DNA of 64,000 bases, from assembly GCA_051745165.1 (NCBI GenBank), contig JBNJDU010000001.1, positions 2,378 through 66,377 on the forward strand. Reading direction: 5' to 3'. Under the pieces are notes generated by a model, which saw nothing but the letters and a program-made list of their open reading frames with translations, searched no databases and had not been told where the DNA came from. Each line of letters starts with the position of its first letter. Within the stretch, counting starts at the first letter, position 1. Shown one piece after another: positions 42,680-51,841 of this stretch. The position numbers and the translations under genes are program-made. The DNA is from Patescibacteria group bacterium (GTDB lineage: Bacteria > Patescibacteriota > Minisyncoccia > Minisyncoccales > PWPS01).

Positions 42680-43840
42680 ATGATAAAAAAAATATCCAAG
42701 TTAATAATAGTTTTATCTCTAGTTGGGATTATATTTGGAAGTGGTTACCAATTAGGATTGGAAGAATCTGAAACCAGAACGCAACCAGAAGAAATTGATT
42801 TTTCTCTTTTTTGGGAGGCTTATAATAGAGTAGAAGATTTATATGTAGACTCCGATGAAATAAATGAAGAGGAAGTTGTACATGGAGCAATTCGTGGAAT
42901 GCTTTCTTCATTAGATGATCCGCACACTAGTTTTTTTGATCAAGATGAAAGTAAAAAATTTTTAGAGGATGTTTCTGGTTATTATGAAGGTGTTGGAATG
43001 GAGGTTGGTATAAGAAATGGGAATATTCAAGTAATTTCACCCATAGAAGGAACTCCGGCATCTAAAGCTGGAATTATGTCTGGTGATACTATTTTAGAAA
43101 TAGATGGAAAATCAACTTCTGATATGGATCTTGAAGAAGCAGTTGATTTAATGAGGGGAGAACAAGGAACTGACGTAACCATTGTCATGGGTAGAAATAA
43201 TGAAACAAAAGAATTCACCCTCAACAGAAAAGAAATTCAAGTTCCATCAGTTGATTGGGAACTTCTTGAAGATGATATAGCGTATTTAAAAATACATTAT
43301 TTCCATCAAGATTTAGCAAATGAGTTTAACGAAATTGTTCCGAAATTAAGTGCTTCTGAAGCTGATAAAATAATACTTGATCTCAGAAATAATCCGGGCG
43401 GTGCGCTTGATTCTGCATTAGACATAGCTAAATACTTTCTCGAAGAAGGGGATGTAATAGTTAAGAGTCAAGGTTCTGATGGAGAAATTGAAGAGGTTTA
43501 TGAAGCAGATAGAAGTTCAGTTACCTTTAATCAAGATATTGTCATCCTGATTAATGAAGGTTCTGCCTCTGCCTCAGAAATATTAGCAGGAGCTTTAAAA
43601 CATCACAGAGATTCAAAAATAGTTGGACAAACATCTTTTGGAAAAGGGTCTATTCAGACTTTAGTTAATCTATCTGACATGTCTAACCTAAAGATAACAA
43701 TATCCAACTGGGTTACTCCTAGCGGAGAGCTTATTACTGATGAAGGAATAACTCCAGATTATGAAGTAGAAAGAAATATAGAAGATTTTGACGAAGGTCG
43801 TGACCCACAATTAGATAAAGCAATTGAAATAATTAAATAA
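42680..43840 (+). CDS. S41-family C-terminal processing peptidase
   Basis: PDZ region SPIEGTPASKAGIMSGDTILEIDG, catalytic NEGSASASEI and FGKGSIQ. Confidence 0.85.
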   Translation: MIKKISKLIIVLSLVGIIFGSGYQLGLEESETRTQPEEIDFSLFWEAYNRVEDLYVDSDEINEEEVVHGAIRGMLSSLDDPHTSFFDQDESKKFLEDVSGYYEGVGMEVGIRNGNIQVISPIEGTPASKAGIMSGDTILEIDGKSTSDMDLEEAVDLMRGEQGTDVTIVMGRNNETKEFTLNRKEIQVPSVDWELLEDDIAYLKIHYFHQDLANEFNEIVPKLSASEADKIILDLRNNPGGALDSALDIAKYFLEEGDVIVKSQGSDGEIEEVYEADRSSVTFNQDIVILINEGSASASEILAGALKHHRDSKIVGQTSFGKGSIQTLVNLSDMSNLKITISNWVTPSGELITDEGITPDYEVERNIEDFDEGRDPQLDKAIEIIK

Positions 43841-43845
43841 AAACA

Positions 43846-44295
43846 ATGAAAGTAATTTTACTCGAAAATATAAAAAAATTAGGAAAGAAGTTCGAAGTTG
43901 TAGAGGTTGCCGATGGTTATGCAAGAAATTTTTTACTACCTGAAGGAAAGGCTCAAATGGCAACTGAAGGAAACTTAAACTCTCTAGAAAAAAGAAAAGC
44001 AAAAGAGGAGAAAAAAGCTAAGAAAAAAGAAGAAGAAGTTAAAGATTTAATTTCTGAAATTGAAAATAAAGAATTCTCTATTGAAATGAAAGTTGGTGAA
44101 AAAGATCAGCTATTTGAATCAGTAGATTCAAAAGATATTAGCGAAAAACTAAAAGAAGAAGGTTTTGATGTAGAATCAAAACAAATTAAATTAGATTCTC
44201 CGATTAAAGAAGTAACTGAACAAGAGGTAGAATTAGAATTTGATTATAATCTAAAAACAAAAATTAAAATAAAAATAGAAGACAAAAATAAATAA
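43846..44295 (+). CDS. rplI: 50S ribosomal protein L9
   Basis: MKVILLENIKKLGKKFEVVEVADGYARNFLLPEGKA. Confidence 0.9.
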   Translation: MKVILLENIKKLGKKFEVVEVADGYARNFLLPEGKAQMATEGNLNSLEKRKAKEEKKAKKKEEEVKDLISEIENKEFSIEMKVGEKDQLFESVDSKDISEKLKEEGFDVESKQIKLDSPIKEVTEQEVELEFDYNLKTKIKIKIEDKNK

Positions 44296-45915
44296 ATGAA
44301 AAAATATATATTTGTCGCTGGCGGAGTGATGTCTGGAATTGGAAAAGGGATCGCTACCGCTTCAATAGGTAGAATTCTTAAAAGCAAAGGCTTTACAGTT
44401 TCAGCAGTAAAAATCGATCCCTATGTTAATGTTGATGCGGGGACGATGAATCCGGTAGAGCACGGAGAAGTCTTTGTAACCAAAGATGGAGCGGAATGCG
44501 ATCAGGACATCGGAAATTACGAAAGATTCTTTAATCAGGAGCTGACAAAGAAAAATTACATAACCACAGGGAAGGTATATAAGTCAGTAATTGAAAAAGA
44601 AAGAAACTTAGAATATGATGGTAAATGCGTTGAAGTTGTTCCTGATATTCCAAATGAGACGATAAGAAGAATAAAAAAAGCGGCAAACGACGATAATGTA
44701 GAAATCACCTTAATAGAAATAGGAGGAACAATAGGGGAGTATCAAAATTTATTATTTTTAGAAGCTGCTCGAATGATGAAGTTGGAAGAACCTGAGAAGG
44801 TTCTTTTTATATTGGTTAGTTATCTACCAACTCCAAAAACAATAGGGGAGATGAAGACAAAACCAACCCAAAATGCAAGCAGAAGACTTAACGAGGCGGG
44901 TATTCAACCGGATATGATACTTGGCCGGGCAGAAACTCCTCTTGATGGACCAAGAAGAGAAAAAATATCCAATTTCTGTAATGTTGATAAAGAATTTATA
45001 ATCTCTGCTCCTGATGTAGAATCTATTTATACTATTCCTCTTAATTTCCAAAAAGAAAATCTAGGAAATAAAATATTGAAAAAGTTTGGGTTAGAGGAGA
45101 AAAATAACGAACTGAAAAGGTGGAAAGATTTAGTAAAAAATTCTGAAAGTGGAACTAAAAAAGTTTCGATTGCAATAGTGGGAAAATATTTTGAAACCGG
45201 TCAATTCACATTAACTGATTCATATATTTCTGTAATTGAAGCTGTTAAGCACGCTTCCTGGGATCTTGATATTGATATTGATATCAACTGGATATTTGCA
45301 GAAAAATTTGAAGAAGATGAAGAGGCGATAAAGGAAATAGATGAATATGATGGGATTATAATTCCCGGTGGTTTTGGAAGTAGGGGAGTAGAAGGAAAAA
45401 TAAAGACTATTAGTTATTGTCGAAAAAATAACATTCCTTTTCTAGGATTGTGCTTGGGAATGCAACTTTCTGTAATTGAATTTGCTAGGAATATTTGTGA
45501 ACTTAAAAATGCAAACTCTACTGAATTTAATAATAATTGTCAAGAGCCAGTAATAGATGTTATGGATGAGCAAAAAGAATTAATAAAGAAAAAGAACTTT
45601 GGAGGTACAATGAGATTAGGAGAGTATAGTTGTAAAATTGAAGATGATTCTAAATCTTATAATTTATATAAAAAAACAAATATTTTAGAGCGTCATCGTC
45701 ATCGATATGAATTTAATAATGAATACGCTGATAAATTAAAAAAAGCCGGCTTAAAATTAGCCGGTAGAAATCCTGAAAGTAATTTAGTTGAAATTATTGA
45801 GATTGAAGATCATCCTTTCTTTGTAGGAGTTCAATTTCATCCGGAACTTAAATCCGGACCTCTTCGTCCTCATCCACTTTTTAAAGGATTCTTAAAAGCC
45901 TCTAAAGAACGTTGA
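44296..45915 (+). CDS. pyrG: CTP synthase
   Basis: [29 protein letters not shown], and the GATase motifs GLCLGMQ and HRHRYEFN. Confidence 0.95.
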   Translation: MKKYIFVAGGVMSGIGKGIATASIGRILKSKGFTVSAVKIDPYVNVDAGTMNPVEHGEVFVTKDGAECDQDIGNYERFFNQELTKKNYITTGKVYKSVIEKERNLEYDGKCVEVVPDIPNETIRRIKKAANDDNVEITLIEIGGTIGEYQNLLFLEAARMMKLEEPEKVLFILVSYLPTPKTIGEMKTKPTQNASRRLNEAGIQPDMILGRAETPLDGPRREKISNFCNVDKEFIISAPDVESIYTIPLNFQKENLGNKILKKFGLEEKNNELKRWKDLVKNSESGTKKVSIAIVGKYFETGQFTLTDSYISVIEAVKHASWDLDIDIDINWIFAEKFEEDEEAIKEIDEYDGIIIPGGFGSRGVEGKIKTISYCRKNNIPFLGLCLGMQLSVIEFARNICELKNANSTEFNNNCQEPVIDVMDEQKELIKKKNFGGTMRLGEYSCKIEDDSKSYNLYKKTNILERHRHRYEFNNEYADKLKKAGLKLAGRNPESNLVEIIEIEDHPFFVGVQFHPELKSGPLRPHPLFKGFLKASKER

Positions 45916-46174
45916 CTTTCTTAACTTTTTTTCTCTTTCCGTTAAAATTCTTTTTAGTTTTAGTTTGAAATTCAACAATACCGTCAGTTACTGCATAGAG
46001 AGTATCGTCACTTCCTTTTCTAACGTTTTTCCCAGGGACAAATTTAGTTCCTCTTTGTCTTACAATAATTGAGCCTGCTTTAGCTTCCTGTCCTCCGAAA
46101 AGTTTAACACCTAAATATTTAGGATTAGAATCTCGCCCCAGTCTTGTTGTTCCAGATGATTTTGTTGTTGCCAT
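45902..46174 (-). CDS. rpmA: 50S ribosomal protein L27
   Basis: [29 protein letters not shown] and [10 protein letters not shown]. Confidence 0.9.
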   Translation of the reverse strand: MATTKSSGTTRLGRDSNPKYLGVKLFGGQEAKAGSIIVRQRGTKFVPGKNVRKGSDDTLYAVTDGIVEFQTKTKKNFNGKRKKVKKVNVL

Positions 46175-46218
46175 AGTTTTAAATATTTTTTTTGAAACTA
46201 GAATCTATATTAACAGAA

Positions 46219-46365
46219 ATGACCAATATTGTCAATAAAAATATTTTATTTTGGGTTGTAGTTTTAATTTTAACAGCCTCTCTTTTTTATATGATTGGTT
46301 GGAATTATAATGAGCTAAATAGAGAAAACGAGCCAATAAAAATTGAAAATCCAGAAGACACGTAA
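46219..46365 (+). CDS. possible 48-aa single-TM protein
   Basis: Unlisted ORF MTNIVNKNILFWVVVLILTASLFYMIGWNYNELNRENEPIKIENPEDT. No SD or clear promoter. Confidence 0.3.
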   Translation: MTNIVNKNILFWVVVLILTASLFYMIGWNYNELNRENEPIKIENPEDT

Positions 46366-46464
46366 AAAAAATAAAGAAAATAGGGGGTTTAGTTAAAAAA
46401 CTGTTATTTTTAAGAACAAGGGGGCTTTAGAGCCGATTAGAGCAATTTTAAACATTGATTGATG

Positions 46465-47448
46465 CTACTGGTCATCTTTTATGCCTTGATTCTCATTATT
46501 TTTAAGATTTTGGCCACTGTGATACTTTTTATGAATTTCTTTTAATTTTTTGCTAGTAATGTGAGTGTAGATTTGTGTCGTTGCAATATTTTTATGTCCC
46601 AAGAATTCTTGGATAACTCTTAAGTCCACACCTTGAGCTAAAAGATCAGTTGCATAACTGTGACGCAAAGTATGTGGAGTTGTTTTTTCTGGCAATCCAG
46701 TTTGCTTAACATATTTTTTAACGATGTTTTCTATAGATCTAGTAGTAATTCTACGATCTCCAGTTTTAGGACCACGATATCTAATAAAAAGCGCATCTTC
46801 ATCATCATCTCTAATTTCTAAATATTTTTTTAATGCTTCAATAGATCTTGGAGAAAAATAAACAGTTCTGGTTCGATCTCCCTTACCAGTAACTACAACT
46901 TCTAGCTCATCAGTGCAATCTTTAATATTGATTTGATCTCGGTCTAAATCAACCAGCTCAGAGACTCTTAGACCGGTTGAAAATAAGGTTTCGAGTATTG
47001 CCCTGTCTCTAATACCGGTTCTTTTAGAATCATCCGGAGCATTTAATAGTTTGCGCATTTGATCTAGAGAAAGAAAATTTAAAGAATCTTTATCATCTTC
47101 TTTAGCAAGTTTTACTTTTTCAGCGGGAAGAGCTTCTATATCCCAATCAGCAAAAAAATTAAGTAAGTTTCTAACTGCTATAAGATAATAATTTCTAGTT
47201 TTTTTAGTAATTGGTTGCTTTTTATAATTTTTTTGCTTAGAAAGATAAACTCTATAATCCCAAATATGCTTATCAGAAAGTTGATGGGGTTTAAGATTTT
47301 CATTTCCAGATTTTTCAAGCCAATCCTGAAAACGGGAAAGGAATCTCTGATAGGTTTCTTGAGATTTTGCAGACAATCCTCGTTCAATATCTAAGTATTG
47401 AAAGAATTCGTCAAAATATTCAATTATTGGTTTTTTTGCTTTTTTCAT
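46465..47448 (-). CDS. tyrosine recombinase, XerC/XerD-like
   Basis: N-terminal core-binding domain (LSAKSQETYQRFL), TGLRVSEL, HTLRHSYATDLL and LGHKNIATTQIYTH, giving the R...HxxR...Y catalytic set. Confidence 0.85.
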   Translation of the reverse strand: MKKAKKPIIEYFDEFFQYLDIERGLSAKSQETYQRFLSRFQDWLEKSGNENLKPHQLSDKHIWDYRVYLSKQKNYKKQPITKKTRNYYLIAVRNLLNFFADWDIEALPAEKVKLAKEDDKDSLNFLSLDQMRKLLNAPDDSKRTGIRDRAILETLFSTGLRVSELVDLDRDQINIKDCTDELEVVVTGKGDRTRTVYFSPRSIEALKKYLEIRDDDEDALFIRYRGPKTGDRRITTRSIENIVKKYVKQTGLPEKTTPHTLRHSYATDLLAQGVDLRVIQEFLGHKNIATTQIYTHITSKKLKEIHKKYHSGQNLKNNENQGIKDDQ

Positions 47449-47484
47449 AATAGAAGGAAGCGGACTACTTTTAATTGTTCTTAA

Positions 47485-47512
47485 ACTTCGATAAAGTTAC
47501 ATTATGCGAAGT
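47485..47512. other. dif-like 11-6-11 Xer core site candidate
   Basis: ACTTCGATAAA-GTTACA-TTATGCGAAGT. The arms are imperfect inverted repeats. It lies 37 nt upstream of the recombinase start codon. Confidence 0.55.
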
Positions 47513-47544
47513 TTCTTATTTCTAGTATTACTCATCTTCTAACA

Positions 47545-47907
47545 TTAGTCAACATCCCCTGTTTTAGGATTATCCATCTTTAAAGAGTCTTCAATCGAAT
47601 CAAAGGTAGATTGGATTAAAGAATTAATAACTTCTTCAATTTCATTCTTTATTGCAGTCAATAAATTTTCTTTACGTTCTTCAATCTGATCCTCGATAAT
47701 TTTTTGTCGTCGTTCAACTTCATTAGTAATTATTTTGGTAATACTATCAACTCTATCGAAAATTTGTTGAGAGAGGTTCTGTACACCTTCTACTAACTCT
47801 TGAATAATTGGTTGGTTATGATCAACTCCAATGACTTCTGATTCTTCAGCAGAAACAAAATTAAAGAAAAGAAAAATAATAGCTATAATTAATAGCGCTT
47901 TTTTCAT
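47545..47907 (-). CDS. secreted hypothetical coiled-coil protein
   Basis: Signal peptide MKKALLIIAIIFLFFNFVSA. An ATGA overlap joins it to the gltX stop. Confidence 0.5.
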   Translation of the reverse strand: MKKALLIIAIIFLFFNFVSAEESEVIGVDHNQPIIQELVEGVQNLSQQIFDRVDSITKIITNEVERRQKIIEDQIEERKENLLTAIKNEIEEVINSLIQSTFDSIEDSLKMDNPKTGDVD

Positions 47908-49424
47908 AATACTTTTTTAGAGGCTTTTAATCTTTTTATTGCCTCTTCCCTACCCAGGATATAAGCCACTTCAAATGGCCCAGCACTCGCCTGTTTTCCG
48001 GTCAATGCAGCTCTGAGAGGCCACAAAAATTTACCTCTATCATCATATTCATTAGCTTTTTCAAGCAATTCTTTAGAAACAGTCTCTTGATCCCAATTAT
48101 CTATATCAGACAATACTTTTATTGCCTTGTCAATTGAGTTAGTTAAGGCAGATTTATCCATTTCCTTCCATTGCAACAGTTCAAAATTAACTTGAATAGG
48201 TTCAAAAAAGTAATCAGTTACTTCGCTTATTTCCTTTAAAGTTTCAATTCGATCTTGATGTTCTTTTACTAAAGTAGTTATTTTATCAAAAGAAAATTTT
48301 CGTCCATCATTAGTTTTGTAGGTAGTTTTTACTCCTTTTGCTCCAAGTGCAGGAGGGTATTGATCTGTTTCGTGTTTTGGGTTCAAAAATCCATCTTTAA
48401 CTAAATAAGGAATACAAAGCTTGGCTAATCTTTCAGGATTTGCCTTTTTAATATGCAGAGTATTGATATAGGTTAATTTTTCTTTATTGAAGACAGCTCC
48501 TGATTTTTTACACCTATCAAGTGTAAATTCTTTTTCAAGTTCGGGCAAAGTGAAGAACTCCCTATCATCTCCAGGACTCCATCCTAAAAGGGCTAAGAAA
48601 TTATCTAGAGCTTCTGGTAAAAATCCTTGTTTTTGGTATTCAGTTACTGACACTGCTCCAAACCTTTTTGACAGTTTAGACTTATCGGGAGCTAAAATTA
48701 ATGGAAGGTGGGCATAAGTTATTTCATTAAAACCTAAAGCATTTTGAATTAATACCTGTTTCGGGGTGTTAGAAATATGATCCTCTCCCCTAATAACATG
48801 ACTGATTTTCATTTCATAATCATCAATAGCACAAGCAAGATTATAAAGAGGTGTTTCTTCATCTTTAGCAATTACATAATCTCCAATAACATCAGTTTCA
48901 AATGTCACCTTTCCTCTAATTTTATCCTCAAAACTAACCGTCTCACCTTTGTTTACCTTCATTCTAATTACATAATCTTCACCTTTCTTCAATTTTTCTT
49001 CAACTTCTTCTTCAGATAAATTTCTGCATTTTCCAGAATATGTAGGAGCCTCACCTTTTTCTCTCTGCGCCTCTCTTTCCTTTTCTAATTCTTTTTCATC
49101 ACAAAAACATCTATAAGCATGACCTTTATCCAAAAGTTTTTCAGTATATTTCTTATAGATATCTCTTCTTTCTGACTGTCTATATGGTCCATATTCTCCT
49201 CCTTTATTTGGCCCCTCATCATAATCCAATCCAAGCCATTCCAAGCTTTCAATAATATTTATTTCATACTCTTTTTTTGATCTTTCTTTGTCAGTATCCT
49301 CTATTCGTAAAACAAACTTCCCATTATTCTTTTTAGAAAAAAGATAATTAACAAGAGCTACTCTTGCTGATCCTACATGGAAAAGTCCCGTTGGTGATGG
49401 TGCGAATCTTACTCTTTTTTTCAT
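47904..49424 (-). CDS. gltX: glutamate--tRNA ligase
   Basis: RFAPSPTGLFHVGSARVA (the HIGH motif), IRIEDTD and KLSKR (the KMSKS motif). Confidence 0.9.
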   Translation of the reverse strand: MKKRVRFAPSPTGLFHVGSARVALVNYLFSKKNNGKFVLRIEDTDKERSKKEYEINIIESLEWLGLDYDEGPNKGGEYGPYRQSERRDIYKKYTEKLLDKGHAYRCFCDEKELEKEREAQREKGEAPTYSGKCRNLSEEEVEEKLKKGEDYVIRMKVNKGETVSFEDKIRGKVTFETDVIGDYVIAKDEETPLYNLACAIDDYEMKISHVIRGEDHISNTPKQVLIQNALGFNEITYAHLPLILAPDKSKLSKRFGAVSVTEYQKQGFLPEALDNFLALLGWSPGDDREFFTLPELEKEFTLDRCKKSGAVFNKEKLTYINTLHIKKANPERLAKLCIPYLVKDGFLNPKHETDQYPPALGAKGVKTTYKTNDGRKFSFDKITTLVKEHQDRIETLKEISEVTDYFFEPIQVNFELLQWKEMDKSALTNSIDKAIKVLSDIDNWDQETVSKELLEKANEYDDRGKFLWPLRAALTGKQASAGPFEVAYILGREEAIKRLKASKKVL

Positions 49425-49491
49425 AACTTTTAAAATTAATTAAACTTTGTAATTAATGCTTTCGTAAGTAGATTAATAATGTATTTATAAA

Positions 49492-49610
49492 ATTATCGAA
49501 TTAAAAATTCTTAATAAGGCATTATCGAATTAAAAATTCTTAATAAGGCATTATCGAATTAAAAATTCTTAATAAGGCATTATCGAATTAAAAATTCTTT
49601 AATATAGGCT
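49492..49610. repeat. 29-bp tandem repeat: 3 perfect copies plus a diverged 4th copy that is the murG 3' end
   Basis: ATTATCGAATTAAAAATTCTTAATAAGGC starts at 49492, 49521 and 49550. The copy starting at 49579 reads attatcgaattaaaaattcTTTaatATaggc and contains the murG stop. Confidence 0.95.
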
Positions 49611-50713
49611 GCAAGCACATGCCCTGCATCAGGTTTTGAAAAGTACTTGCTGTTTTCTTTCATCTCGGCTAATTGAGTTGGTGGCGAGAAAAGTGATTTC
49701 ACCTTTTCCAAAAAGAAATGAGGTGTTAAATTTTCTTCTTCCATCACAATTGTTGCCCCTACTCTAGCTACTCGATATGCGTTTTCTGCTTGATGATTTT
49801 GTGCTGCTTCAGGCAGTGGTATTAAAATACTTGGTTTATTATTGGCTATTATCTCAAATATTGAGCCAGCACCAGCTCTCGAAACTACCAAACTAGCAAC
49901 AGCATACGCATCTTTCATTTGATTTTCATCGAAAAAAGCATATGGATGATAAAACCCCTTTAGCTCTTCAGGTAAAAATGCTTCTGTTTCTTCTCTAATT
50001 TTTTCTATATTATCTCTTCCACATTGATGTATTATTTCAAATTCTTCTAAAAGCTGAGTTAATACAGCAAGAATGGTATCATTTATCCTTTCTGAACCTT
50101 GTGAACCGCCCAATACTAGAAGAACTGGCTTCCCCTTTTTTAAGTTGAATCTATTTACTCCTTGTTCAAAGTCACCGTCTAAAACTGATTTTCGGATTGG
50201 ATTCCCAACCACAAACTTTTTTCCAGGATTAATATTTTCAGTATCTTGAAAAGAAACAAAAACTTCTGTTGCAAACTTTGAAACAATTTTATTTGCTAAA
50301 CCAGGAGTTGCATCTGATTCATGTAAAATTATTGGAATCCTTAATATGCTTGCAGCAATAGCAACCGGAACTGATCCATAACCACCTTTAGAAAAAACCA
50401 TATCTGGAGATATTACAAACAAATGAAAAATAGCTTGAACTATACCTAAAGGAATTTTAATGATATCAATAATATTTAAAAATATTGAAATGGGATCAAT
50501 ATATCTTCTTAATTTACCAGCTAAAATATATTTAGTCTTCAATCCTTCTTGAGTAAAATTAAAGTCAGGAATATTATCTTTCGGAGCTATATAAAACATA
50601 TTTAACTTCTCATTACTAGGAAATTGATCCTTTAAGCTTCGAATAACAGCCACTAAAGGAAAAACGTGTCCTCCTGTTCCTCCACCTGTAAAAATTATTT
50701 TTCTTTCTTTCAT
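49580..50713 (-). CDS. murG: lipid II-forming UDP-GlcNAc transferase MurG
   Basis: FTGGGTGGHVFP, LVLGGSQGS and PEAAQNHQAENA. Confidence 0.85.
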   Translation of the reverse strand: MKERKIIFTGGGTGGHVFPLVAVIRSLKDQFPSNEKLNMFYIAPKDNIPDFNFTQEGLKTKYILAGKLRRYIDPISIFLNIIDIIKIPLGIVQAIFHLFVISPDMVFSKGGYGSVPVAIAASILRIPIILHESDATPGLANKIVSKFATEVFVSFQDTENINPGKKFVVGNPIRKSVLDGDFEQGVNRFNLKKGKPVLLVLGGSQGSERINDTILAVLTQLLEEFEIIHQCGRDNIEKIREETEAFLPEELKGFYHPYAFFDENQMKDAYAVASLVVSRAGAGSIFEIIANNKPSILIPLPEAAQNHQAENAYRVARVGATIVMEEENLTPHFFLEKVKSLFSPPTQLAEMKENSKYFSKPDAGHVLAAYIKEFLIR

Positions 50714-50722
50714 ACTATTATT

Positions 50723-51841
50723 TTATGATTTAGATATATTTAGAAGCACTCCTAATCCAGCTAATTCTGCAACAAAATGAGCTCTTCCATGACTAATAAA
50801 AGGAAGCGGAATTCCTGTAATTGGTAAAATTCCAGACATTGATCCGATATGGATAAAGGCTTGAAAAAATATCCAAGAACTTATTCCTATTGCTATCAGA
50901 CTGAAAAAACTATCTTTATTCCTTTTTGCAATTTTAACACCTCGCCAGGCAAACACCAAAAAAAGTATGATTAATAAAGCACTCCCAATAAATCCCGCCT
51001 CTTCAGCATAAGCAGCAAAAATAGAATCACTCATTGCAAAAGGTAGAAAGCCATATTTTTGATGCCCGACCCCAAACCCAAGTCCAGTTATTCCACCTGA
51101 TCCAATAGCAATTAAAGCTTGATGTGCTTGGTAGGACATATCTTGAGTATCAACACCAGCACTAAGCATATCTTTAACTCGAGCTAACCTGTAAGGAAAG
51201 AGTACAATAGATGCAACTAAAGCAGTAAAACCACTTACAGTCAGTGCTAAAATATGACTAAAAGGAGTGCGATAAGTAAAATACATTACAAAACTGCTTG
51301 CCATAATTACTATTAAGGTGCTTAAATCAGATTGTAATAATATCAATCCGCTAATAAAAGCGCAAACAGCACCAAAAGCAATAAACGTTTCAGAAAACAC
51401 TTGTTTATCACTATCAATATCTCTTCTGCTTGATAACCAACTTGCTAAATAAATTATAAAAGTTAATTTGAGAAACTCACTTGGTTGAAAAGAAATTCCA
51501 CCAATTGAAATCCAACGAGTTGCACCCCTAACAGTTAAACCTAATCCAGGAATAAATACCATCGCAACTCCGATTATGTTTAAGAGTAAAACAAAAGGTG
51601 CCCATTTCTTAATAATTTCTAACGGGATTTTATAAAGCAAAAATCCAATTAGCACGCCTGGCAGAACTCCCATAACAAATTGTCGAATCAAAAAATAAGG
51701 TAAATTTAAATCTTCAATATTCTCCGTAGTAGCAGCTATTCTAGCCATTGACACACTGGTAAAAACAATAAACCCAAGCAAAATTATAAGCCCAGCCGAT
51801 ATAAGTAAAACAATATCAATTTTTTCGTTATTTCTGGCCAT
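50723..51841 (-). CDS. ftsW: SEDS-family peptidoglycan polymerase (FtsW/RodA)
   Basis: QPSEFLKL, SDSIFAAYAEEAGFIG and 10 TM helices, in a murD-ftsW-murG context. Confidence 0.8.
   Translation of the reverse strand: MARNNEKIDIVLLISAGLIILLGFIVFTSVSMARIAATTENIEDLNLPYFLIRQFVMGVLPGVLIGFLLYKIPLEIIKKWAPFVLLLNIIGVAMVFIPGLGLTVRGATRWISIGGISFQPSEFLKLTFIIYLASWLSSRRDIDSDKQVFSETFIAFGAVCAFISGLILLQSDLSTLIVIMASSFVMYFTYRTPFSHILALTVSGFTALVASIVLFPYRLARVKDMLSAGVDTQDMSYQAHQALIAIGSGGITGLGFGVGHQKYGFLPFAMSDSIFAAYAEEAGFIGSALLIILFLVFAWRGVKIAKRNKDSFFSLIAIGISSWIFFQAFIHIGSMSGILPITGIPLPFISHGRAHFVAELAGLGVLLNISKS

Noticed and set aside
46366-46464. Possible structured RNA in the 290-nt rpmA-xer gap (two GGGGG-containing segments)
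   Set aside because: I could not fold a convincing conserved structure or match SRP, 6S, tmRNA or RNase P signatures by eye. Only a weak 4-bp hairpin (GGCT-ttag-AGCC) is present.
46175-47544. The tyrosine recombinase as the integrase of a prophage or integrative element
   Set aside because: There are no flanking direct repeats, phage or conjugation genes, or an adjacent tRNA target. The single upstream site has dif-like 11-6-11 architecture, which fits a chromosomal Xer function better. A remnant element cannot be fully excluded from one window.
49425-49579. A T-box or other riboswitch leader upstream of gltX, and likewise upstream of aspS
   Set aside because: The gltX upstream region is only 155 nt and mostly tandem repeat. 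It has no specifier-loop or T-box (AGGGUGGNACCGCG-like) sequence. aspS starts 4 nt after the preceding gene.
49492-49610. Possible CRISPR array, because the repeat is 29 bp
   Set aside because: The copies are directly adjacent with no spacers. The repeat is AT-rich and derived from the murG 3' end. No cas genes are in the window.
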